Shown here one piece after another: positions 25,479 to 32,000 of a stretch of 32,000 bases of DNA. Under the pieces are notes generated by a model. It was not told the origin of the DNA. It saw only the letters and a program-made list of their open reading frames with translations, and searched no databases. Every line of letters begins with the position of its first letter. The first letter of the stretch is position 1. Origin of the DNA: Micrococcus luteus NCTC 2665 (GTDB taxonomy: Bacteria; Actinomycetota; Actinomycetes; Actinomycetales; Micrococcaceae). Position numbers and translations under genes: made by a program. The stretch lies in assembly GCF_000023205.1 (NCBI RefSeq), contig NC_012803.1, positions 1,110,001 to 1,142,000 of the forward strand, written 5' to 3'.

Positions 25479-26342
25479 ATGGCTCTGTCACCCCTCTCCC
25501 GCCGCACCGCCCTCGGCGCCGGCACCGCCGCTCTCGCCCTCGCCCTCTCCGCCTGCGGCGCCAGCGGCTCCGACTCGGCGGCCTCCTCCGCCCCCACCCC
25601 GGACCCGGCGAATCCCGTCGTCGTGAAGGTGGGGGCGAACCCCGTGCCGCACGCCCAGATCCTCGAGTTCGTGGACGAGAACCTCGCGAAGGAGGCGGGC
25701 ATCGATCTGGAGATCCAGGAGTTCGACGACTACCAGATGCCCAACACCGCGCTCAACGAGGGCAAGATCGACGCGAACTACTACATGCACGAGCCGTTCT
25801 TCAACAAGCAGGTCGAGGAGCGCGGCCTGAAGATGGAGCACGGCGAGGGCGTGCACATCGAGCCCTACGCCGCGTTCTCCCAGAAGTTCGACTCCGTGGA
25901 CCAGGTGCCGGACGGCGCCACCGTGGCCATCACGAACGACCCCGGCAACCAGCCCCGTGCCCTCAAGATGCTGGAGCAGGCCGGCCTGCTCCAGGACATC
26001 CAGGACGACTCCGCCGCCCTGACCCTCACCCCCGAGCAGAACCCGAAGGGCCTGCAGTTCGAGGAGAACCAGCCGGAGATCCTCGTGCAGATCCTGGACG
26101 ACCCGGCGGTGGACCTCGCCATCATCAACGGCAACTACTTCATCCAGGCCGGCATGACCCTGGAGGACGCCGTGGTGGTCGAGGAGATCTCCGGCGAGAA
26201 CCCCTACGCCAACTTCGTGGCATGGCGCGAGGGGGAGAAGACCCCGGGCGTGGAGAAGCTCGACGAGCTGCTGCACTCGCCGGAGGTCAAGGAGTACATC
26301 GAGCAGACCTGGCCGGGCGGCGACGTCACCCCGTCCTTCTGA
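25479..26342 (+). CDS. metQ: MetQ/NlpA-family methionine-binding lipoprotein
   Basis: Signal peptide with a twin-Arg-like SRRTALGAG and the lipobox LALSAC. NlpA-family blocks are VKVGANPVPHAQIL, NYYMHEPF, NDPGNQPRAL, INGNYF and NPYANFVAWRE. Confidence 0.88.
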   Translation: MALSPLSRRTALGAGTAALALALSACGASGSDSAASSAPTPDPANPVVVKVGANPVPHAQILEFVDENLAKEAGIDLEIQEFDDYQMPNTALNEGKIDANYYMHEPFFNKQVEERGLKMEHGEGVHIEPYAAFSQKFDSVDQVPDGATVAITNDPGNQPRALKMLEQAGLLQDIQDDSAALTLTPEQNPKGLQFEENQPEILVQILDDPAVDLAIINGNYFIQAGMTLEDAVVVEEISGENPYANFVAWREGEKTPGVEKLDELLHSPEVKEYIEQTWPGGDVTPSF

Positions 26343-26381
26343 GTCGGAGCGTCCCTGACGGCGCCCCGCGCCTGCCTCATC

Positions 26382-26414
26382 GGCCGGTGACATCCCGCGG
26401 GGACGTCACCGGCC
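26382..26414 (+). terminator. Terminator-like hairpin after metQ
   Basis: GGCCGGTGACATCCC (26382-26396), loop GCG, GGGACGTCACCGGCC (26400-26414). The stem is 15 bp with one mismatch. Confidence 0.55.
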
Positions 26415-26443
26415 GCCGTCGTCGTTCTGGCAGACTTCGGCCC

Positions 26444-27310
26444 ATGACCGACATCACCTCCACCCCCGCGGCCTCCGTCGCCGACGATCCCCTGGCCTTC
26501 TACGTGCGCCTCGGCGAGCCCACCGTGGACGCCGACGGCGTCCGCACCTCCCGCGTGCGCTCCACCGTGCACGCCCAGGGCGCATGGCGGGAAGAGGAGA
26601 TGCACATGGCCGCCGTCTCGGGCCTGCTGCTGCACGAGGTGGCCGCGCACGAGACCACTCCCGGGCTGCGGGTGGGACGGCTCTCCTACGACATCCTGGG
26701 CACGCTCTGGTCGGGCGAGCTCGAGGTGGTCACGCGCACCCTGCGTCCGGGCCGGACCATCGAGCTCGTCGAGTCCGTGCTCCACGCCCGGGGCCGCACC
26801 GTACTGACCCTGCGGGCCTGGCTGCTGTCCACCTCGGACACCTCCGCCGTCGCCCAGCTGCCGGACGAGCCCCTCCCGCCGCGCTCGCAGGCGCAGGCGC
26901 ACAACGCGCTCCACGGATGGGGGGGCGGGTACATCGCCTCCCTCGACGGCGTCATCCTGCCCGGCCACGGGCCGGGCCACGGCCGGGTGTGGCTCACCAC
27001 GGACCGTGAGATGGTGGCGGGGGAGAGCACGAGCGACCTGGTCCGCCTGATCAGCCTCACCGACGCGGCCAACGGGATCGCCCCGGCCCTGCCGGCGAAA
27101 CCGGGCGGGTGGTTCTTCCCCAACGTGGACCTGCAGATCCACCTGTACCGCGAGCCCACCGGCCACTGGCTCGGCCTCGCGGGGCAGGTCACGGTGGGCC
27201 CGGACGGCGTGGGCCTGACCAGCACCGTCCTCCACGACGACGACGGCCCCTTCGCCCACGCCGAGCAGACCCTCACCCTGCGCTCCTGGCCGGCCGAGGG
27301 CGGCCTGTGA
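26444..27310 (+). CDS. Thioesterase-superfamily protein (double hot-dog, acyl-CoA thioesterase-like)
   Basis: 288 aa in two halves of hot-dog-like pattern (…GRLSYDILGTLWSGELEVVTRTLRPGRTIELVESVLHARGRTV… and …FPNVDLQIHLYREPTGHWLGLAGQVTVGPDGVGLTSTVLHDDDGPFAH…). The family call is made by resemblance only. Confidence 0.55.
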   Translation: MTDITSTPAASVADDPLAFYVRLGEPTVDADGVRTSRVRSTVHAQGAWREEEMHMAAVSGLLLHEVAAHETTPGLRVGRLSYDILGTLWSGELEVVTRTLRPGRTIELVESVLHARGRTVLTLRAWLLSTSDTSAVAQLPDEPLPPRSQAQAHNALHGWGGGYIASLDGVILPGHGPGHGRVWLTTDREMVAGESTSDLVRLISLTDAANGIAPALPAKPGGWFFPNVDLQIHLYREPTGHWLGLAGQVTVGPDGVGLTSTVLHDDDGPFAHAEQTLTLRSWPAEGGL

Positions 27311-28077
27311 GCGCAGCTCCCCGGCTGCGCTGGGCCGTGCAGGAGCGGACCCTCGGGGCCGTCGAAGACCTCGACTGGGCCATGGACGAGCTGGCCGTCT
27401 TCCGCGCCGCCGCGGCCGAGGGAAGGGCCCTCGACGACCTGATCCGCGTCTACGTGCCCGAACCGACGGTCGCGTTCGGCCAGCGCGACGCCCGGCTGCC
27501 CGGCTTCGCGGCCGCGGCCGCGGCGGCCCGGTCCCACGGCTTCGAGCCGGTGGTGCGCCGGGCCGGCGGACGGGCGGCGGCCTACCACCACGGCTGCCTG
27601 GTGGTGGACCACCTGAGCCAGCAGGAGGACGCGGCGCTCACGCAGCAGGCCCGGTTCGCCGAGTTCGCCGACCTGTTCGTGCGGGCGTTCGCCCGCATGG
27701 ACGTGCCCGCCTCCGTGGGTGAGATCCCGGGGGAGTACTGCCCCGGCGAGTTCTCCGTGCAGGGACCTGCGCCGACATACCCGGTGAAGCTGGCCGGCTC
27801 CGCGCAGCGCGTGGTGAAGGGGGCGTTCCTGTTCTCCACCCACGTGGTGGTGTCCGACCCCGCCCCGCTGCGGGCCGTGCTCGTCGACGTCTACCGGGAG
27901 CTCGGCCTGGACATGGACCCCCGCACGGCGGGCGCGGCCGAGGACGTGCGCCCCGGGGTGAGCGTTCCCGCGTTCGCCGCGGCCCTGCGGGAGGAGTACA
28001 CGGCGTGGGCCGCCGCCGCCGGGCTCGAGGTCGTGGACGAGCAGCTCGCCGTCCTCGCCGCAGGGACCTCCGGCTGA
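27307..28077 (+). CDS. Lipoate-protein ligase family protein (BPL/LplA/LipB catalytic fold)
   Basis: VVRRAGGRAAAYHHGCL resembles the RRxSGGGAVyHD block, and KLAGSAQRVVKGAFLFSTHVVV resembles the K-x-x-G-x-A-Q catalytic Lys block. The start is proposed at GTG 27307, overlapping the upstream stop (GTGA). The first ATG (27382) would remove conserved N-terminal sequence. Confidence 0.65.
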   Translation: MSAAPRLRWAVQERTLGAVEDLDWAMDELAVFRAAAAEGRALDDLIRVYVPEPTVAFGQRDARLPGFAAAAAAARSHGFEPVVRRAGGRAAAYHHGCLVVDHLSQQEDAALTQQARFAEFADLFVRAFARMDVPASVGEIPGEYCPGEFSVQGPAPTYPVKLAGSAQRVVKGAFLFSTHVVVSDPAPLRAVLVDVYRELGLDMDPRTAGAAEDVRPGVSVPAFAAALREEYTAWAAAAGLEVVDEQLAVLAAGTSG

Positions 28078-28108
28078 GGGCACGGGCGGCCCGGCTGCAG
28101 GGGGCCCG

Positions 28109-28729
28109 TCAGACCGTGAGATCCGCGATGATCTCCCGCTTGCGTCGCGGGGTGAAGCCGGCCGCCACGGCCGCCGCCCGGCGCGCCGCGTCCGTCCGGT
28201 AGAGGGACCAGCCCCGCTGCACGAGGAACGGCACCGGCTTGCGACGCTCGGCGACATCGCGCACGAACCGGCGGGCCGCCGTCGTGGTCCGCGCCTGGTC
28301 GATGTACCAGGCCGCGTAGCGGACTCCGGCCCGGTCCAGGGCGGCGGGCATGCGCTCGGCGAAGATGCCCTCCGCCACGATCACCCCGCCCGGCTCGAGC
28401 GCGACGGTGCCGTGCCCGCGGACGGAGGACGTGGAGATGTCGTAGTCGGGCACGCGCGTGGCGCCCTCCTCGAGCAGTTCGACGACCGCGTCCACGGCCG
28501 CCTGCTCATCCCACGTTCCGGGGTGGTCCCAGTCGATCTCGCCATACGGGGTGCGCGGGAACACGGGGCCGGGCCCACCCGCGGCGCCGTCGTCGGACTG
28601 CGGACGGTAGAACGCATCGAGCGAGAGGTGGGGCCGGCCGTGCCGCCGGGCCAGGTAGGACTTGCCGGAGCCCGACGCCCCGCCGAGCAGGATCACGGAA
28701 GGAGGGGTCGAGGCGGGGAGGATGGTCAC
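28109..28729 (-). CDS. Uridine-kinase-like P-loop NTPase
   Basis: Walker A LLGGASGSGKSYLA lies close to the N-terminus, followed by DAFY, DWDHP, VPDYD and VIVAEGIF blocks, as in the uridine kinase/PRK family. The start is proposed at GTG 28729. ATG 28783 would overlap the upstream gene by 22 nt. Confidence 0.6.
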   Translation of the reverse strand: MTILPASTPPSVILLGGASGSGKSYLARRHGRPHLSLDAFYRPQSDDGAAGGPGPVFPRTPYGEIDWDHPGTWDEQAAVDAVVELLEEGATRVPDYDISTSSVRGHGTVALEPGGVIVAEGIFAERMPAALDRAGVRYAAWYIDQARTTTAARRFVRDVAERRKPVPFLVQRGWSLYRTDAARRAAAVAAGFTPRRKREIIADLTV

Positions 28730-28761
28730 GGGGGACCATTCTTCCCCACCTCGGCGCGTCC

Positions 28762-29418
28762 TCAGTGGCCGCGGTCGATCCACTCCTGCAGGTGCGGCTT
28801 CTCCGTGCCGATCGTGGTGGAGTCGCCGTGGCCGGTGTGGACCACGGTGGCCTCCGGCAGCGAGAGCAGGCGCTCGCGGATGGACTCGATGATCGTGTCG
28901 AAGTCCGAGTACGAGCGGCCGGTGGCGCCGGGCCCGCCCTGGAACAGGGTGTCGCCGGAGAACACGACGCCGGTCGGGGCGCCGTCGTCGCCGACCTCGC
29001 CCAGGGCGGGGGCGTACAGGCAGACCGAGCCGGGGGAGTGACCGGGGGTGTGCAGCACCCGCAGCTCGACGCCGGCCACGCGCAGGACGTCGCCCTCGGC
29101 GAGCGCGCCGTCGGGCTCCTCGTCGGGGAAGACGGCGTCCCAGAGCATGCGGTCTGCGGGGTGGAGCAGCACGGGGGCGTCCACCATCTGGCGGAACTCC
29201 TGGACCTGGCGGATGTGGTCGTCGTGGCCGTGGGTGAGGACGATGGCCAGCACCTGGCGGCCGTTCACCTTCTTCCAGACGGCCGAGGCATCATGGGCCG
29301 GGTCGATGACGACGCACTGCTCCGCGCCGCCGACGATCCACACGTTGTTGTCCACGTCGAACGTCTCCCCGTCCAGGGAGAACGTGCCGGAGGTGACCAG
29401 GTGATCGATGCGCGCCAT
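28762..29418 (-). CDS. MBL-fold metallo-hydrolase (glyoxalase II-like; candidate S-formylmycothiol hydrolase)
   Basis: 218 aa starting [11 protein letters not shown]. It has the metallo-beta-lactamase motif LTHGHDDH, then HTPGHSPGS, GDTLF and HTGHG. Its start shares one base with the stop of the upstream dehydrogenase (TGATG). The remainder of the 491-aa track ORF is antisense shadow. Confidence 0.85.
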   Translation of the reverse strand: MARIDHLVTSGTFSLDGETFDVDNNVWIVGGAEQCVVIDPAHDASAVWKKVNGRQVLAIVLTHGHDDHIRQVQEFRQMVDAPVLLHPADRMLWDAVFPDEEPDGALAEGDVLRVAGVELRVLHTPGHSPGSVCLYAPALGEVGDDGAPTGVVFSGDTLFQGGPGATGRSYSDFDTIIESIRERLLSLPEATVVHTGHGDSTTIGTEKPHLQEWIDRGH

Positions 29419-30512
29419 CAGAGCACCACCACCGAGCGCAGGACGTCGCCGGACTTCATTGTCTCGAAGGCCTCGTTCACCTCGTCCAGGGCGATGGTCT
29501 CCGTGACGAACTCGTCCAGCGGCAGGCGGCCCAGGCGGTACTGGTCCACGAGCATCGGGAAGTCGCGCTCCGGCAGGCAGTCGCCGTACCACGAGGACTT
29601 CAGCGCGCCGCCGCGGCCGAAGACCTCCAGCAGGGGCAGCTTCAGCTCCATGCCGGGGGTGGGCACGCCCACCAGGACGACGCGGCCGGCCAGGTCCCGG
29701 GCGTAGAACGCCTGCTCGTAGGTCTCCGGGCGGCCGACCGCCTCGATGACCACGTCGGCGCCGAAGCCGCCGGTCGCCGCGCGGATGGCCTCCACGGGGT
29801 CCTCGTCCTTCGAGTTCACGGTGTGGGTGGCGCCGAGCTCCTCGGCCTTCGCGAGCTTCTTGGCGTCGATGTCCACCGCGATGATCGTGGTGGCGCCGGC
29901 GAGCTTCGCCCCGGCGATCGCGGCCACGCCGACGCCGCCGCAGCCGATCACGGCCACGGACTCGCCGAGCTTGACCTCGCCGGTGTTGATGGCCGCGCCG
30001 ATGCCGGCCATGATCCCGCAGCCGAGCAGGCCGACCGCGGCCTGTTCCTCGGGAGTGTCGACGCCGTCGACCTTGGTGCACTGCTTGGCGTGGACGAGCG
30101 TCTTGTCCGCGAACGCCCCGATGCCCAGGGCCGGGGACAGCTCCGTGCCGTCCTCGAGGGTCATCTTCTGGGTCGCGTTGTGGGTGTTGAAGCAGTACTT
30201 CGGCTCGCCCTTCCGGCACGCGCGGCACTCGCCGCACACGGCGCGCCAGTTGAGGATCACGGTGTCACCGACCATGACGTGGTCGACGCCCTCGCCGATC
30301 GCAGAGACCACACCCGTGGCCTCGTGGCCGAGCAGGTACGGGTACTCGTCCCCGATCCCGCCCTGCTGGTAGTGCAGATCCGTGTGGCAGACGCCGCAGG
30401 TCTTGATGTCGACGACGGCCTCGCCGGGTCCCGGATCGGGGATGACGATGGTCTCGACGGTGACGGGGGCGTCCTTCGCCATGGCGACGACGCCGCGGAC
30501 CTTCTGGGACAC
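29418..30512 (-). CDS. mscR: Zn-dependent class III-like alcohol dehydrogenase, S-(hydroxymethyl)mycothiol dehydrogenase type
   Basis: Blocks [17 protein letters not shown], the structural Zn motif [15 protein letters not shown] and the NAD fold VIGCGGVG. The end ...[13 protein letters not shown] is typical of mycothiol-dependent formaldehyde dehydrogenases. The start is proposed at GTG 30512 (VSQKVRGVV...), with AGGAGGAA 6 nt upstream. Confidence 0.85.
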   Translation of the reverse strand: MSQKVRGVVAMAKDAPVTVETIVIPDPGPGEAVVDIKTCGVCHTDLHYQQGGIGDEYPYLLGHEATGVVSAIGEGVDHVMVGDTVILNWRAVCGECRACRKGEPKYCFNTHNATQKMTLEDGTELSPALGIGAFADKTLVHAKQCTKVDGVDTPEEQAAVGLLGCGIMAGIGAAINTGEVKLGESVAVIGCGGVGVAAIAGAKLAGATTIIAVDIDAKKLAKAEELGATHTVNSKDEDPVEAIRAATGGFGADVVIEAVGRPETYEQAFYARDLAGRVVLVGVPTPGMELKLPLLEVFGRGGALKSSWYGDCLPERDFPMLVDQYRLGRLPLDEFVTETIALDEVNEAFETMKSGDVLRSVVVL

Positions 30513-30716
30513 GTTGTTCCTCCTGGGGGTGGGGATCTGCCCGATGCCGCGCATGCGTGGGGCGGCGCGGCGTGCGGGCTCGTTCTGCCCATCCCATCAC
30601 AGGACCCTGTGCGACGCATCGGTGAGCAGCCGGGGGCCTGGTGTGTGGCGTCGCCGCAGCGGCCGGGGGAGACTGCAACCTGAGCCGCAACATCGATGTG
30701 AACGGAGGGGCGAACC

Positions 30717-30983
30717 ATGGCACGACATGGCAGAGACGAGGGCGACCCTTACGAGGCCCACGAGGACGGCGAGCACCCGGCCGGTGGCCCGCACGGCCTC
30801 GGCACGCTCGCGCAGTGGCGCACCCCGCTGGTGGGGCTGCTGATCGGCGTCGGCCTGGGCGTGGCGTTCGGACTGGGCACCGAGAGGCCCTGGGGCAGCG
30901 TGACCGGCTGCGCGATGATGGGCTTCGCCCTCGGCATCGCGTGGATGTACATCGAGCGCGGCCGGGACGGGAGGGACCGCTGA
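30717..30983 (+). CDS. Small membrane protein (two hydrophobic segments), unknown function
   Basis: 88-aa ORF with strong GC3 bias and GGAGGGG upstream. The hydrophobic segments are LVGLLIGVGLGVAFGL and GCAMMGFALGIAWMYI. The stop is 1 nt before the next start. Confidence 0.55.
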   Translation: MARHGRDEGDPYEAHEDGEHPAGGPHGLGTLAQWRTPLVGLLIGVGLGVAFGLGTERPWGSVTGCAMMGFALGIAWMYIERGRDGRDR

Positions 30984-30984
30984 C

Positions 30985-31836
30985 ATGTGCGGCCGCTACG
31001 TGATGGCCCGCGCCACGAGCGATCTGGTGGCCCTGGGTGACGCCGAGACGAATGAGGATCTGGTGCTTCGCCAGAGCTGGAACGTGGCGCCGACAGCCGA
31101 GGTGCCGATCCTCGTGGCGCACGCGGACGGCGTCGGCGTCGGAGGCCCCGGTGGGGGCGACGGCGGTGCCGGTGTGACCCGGCGGATCCACGTGGCCCGC
31201 TGGGGCCTGGTTCCGCCGTGGGCGAAGGAGCTGTCCGTGGGGTCCCGTGCGTTCAACGCGCGCTCGGAGACCGTGGCCTCCAAGCCGACGTTCCGGGCCG
31301 CCGTCCGCGCCCGCCGCTGCGCCGTGCCGGTGGAGGGCTACTACGAGTGGAAGACACCGGAGCCTGGTGCCAAGGGTCCCGACGGGCGGATCGCGAAGAA
31401 GCAGCCCTACTACGTGCACCCGGCCGGGGCCGGGGACGGCGAGGGACCGGTCATCTGGTTCGCCGGCCTGTACGAGTGGTGGCAGGACCCCGAGGCCAAG
31501 GCCGCGGGGGAGGACGCCTGGGTCCTCTCGACGACGATCCTCACCATGGCCGCGCCCGACGCGGACGACGACGATCCGGTGCTCGCCGCGCTCGGCCAGC
31601 TGCACGACCGGCTGCCCGTGCCCATGGACGCCGAGACGATGGACCGGTGGCTCGCTCCGGACACGCTCGGGTCCGCCGAAGAAGCCGACGCCCTCGTGGG
31701 CCAGGTGTGCGCCGGCGCGTACGACGTTGCGGCGGGCTGGTCGCTGCGGCCCGTGGGGGGCGCCGTGGGGAACGTCCGGAACAACGGGCCGGAGCTGATC
31801 CAGGAGATGAGAGAGCAGCAGGGCACGCTTCTCTGA
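30985..31836 (+). CDS. SOS response-associated peptidase (SRAP/YedK-type abasic-site processing protein)
   Basis: N-terminal MCGRY with catalytic Cys2. Other SRAP blocks are SWNVAPT, RWGLVPPWAK, FNARSET, RRCAVPVEGYYEW and LHDRLPV (His). Two Gly/Asp-rich insertions are present. Confidence 0.85.
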   Translation: MCGRYVMARATSDLVALGDAETNEDLVLRQSWNVAPTAEVPILVAHADGVGVGGPGGGDGGAGVTRRIHVARWGLVPPWAKELSVGSRAFNARSETVASKPTFRAAVRARRCAVPVEGYYEWKTPEPGAKGPDGRIAKKQPYYVHPAGAGDGEGPVIWFAGLYEWWQDPEAKAAGEDAWVLSTTILTMAAPDADDDDPVLAALGQLHDRLPVPMDAETMDRWLAPDTLGSAEEADALVGQVCAGAYDVAAGWSLRPVGGAVGNVRNNGPELIQEMREQQGTLL

Positions 31837-31928
31837 GAGACGGGGCGACGACGGTGACCGGCCCGTGACGCACGGAAGCGCGGTGCCACGGTGAGGCCGG
31901 AGACGGTCATCTCCTGTTCACCCTGTCC

Positions 31929-32000
31929 GTGGGCGGCACCCCGGTGGTCGCCGCCCTCTACGACGAGACCGTCGGCACTCCGGAGGGCGACGGCAGCTTC
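31929..32000 (+). CDS. Possible 5' end of a + strand gene running off the window
   Basis: From about 31911 to 32000, one + frame (…LLFTLSVGGTPVVAALYDETVGTPEGDGSF) has almost uniformly G/C third positions. The frame is closed by TGA at 31866-31868, and its only canonical in-frame start is GTG 31929. The product is unknown. Confidence 0.3.
   Translation, partial: MGGTPVVAALYDETVGTPEGDGSF

Noticed and set aside
31410-31910. 166-aa minus-strand ORF at the right end
   Set aside because: It is antisense to the well-supported SRAP gene. Beyond 31911, the + strand frame has much stronger G/C third-position bias than this frame.

Overview
High-G+C actinobacterial chromosome segment. The gene content (mycothiol-type formaldehyde dehydrogenase, nrdHIEF, class F sortase, putrescine oxidase) suggests a Micrococcales-like Actinomycetota, but this is inference only. 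Left third (about 0.3-8.8 kb): a putrescine-to-GABA catabolic cluster with TetR, putrescine oxidase, APC permease, aldehyde dehydrogenase, a small HTH protein, convergent gabT and divergent LysR. Next (8.8-12.2 kb): a cell-envelope cluster with a class F-like sortase, a DUF305-like lipoprotein and a surface protein. That surface protein and the partial gene at the window start share an unusual PDxVETG sorting tail. Middle (12.5-18.8 kb) is the accessory part. It holds a compositionally foreign orphan gene for a roughly 10-TM membrane protein. The last 12 codons of that gene are cut off by a 4.9-kb composite transposon. The transposon is built from two identical, inverted IS256-family copies, one of them hit by a second, different IS256-family element. 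It is flanked by a single 8-bp target duplication and carries one cargo gene, a DUF1931 / double histone-fold-like protein. Right half is housekeeping: nrdHIEF behind tandem NrdR boxes and metNIQ behind a SAM-I-clan riboswitch-like leader. It continues with a thioesterase plus lipoate-protein-ligase-like pair, a uridine-kinase-like P-loop protein, mscR-like dehydrogenase plus MBL hydrolase, and a small membrane protein plus an SRAP (MCGRY) protein. No rRNA, tRNA or CRISPR array was seen. Many long ORFs in the track are antisense or frame-shifted shadows typical of high-G+C DNA and were not called.
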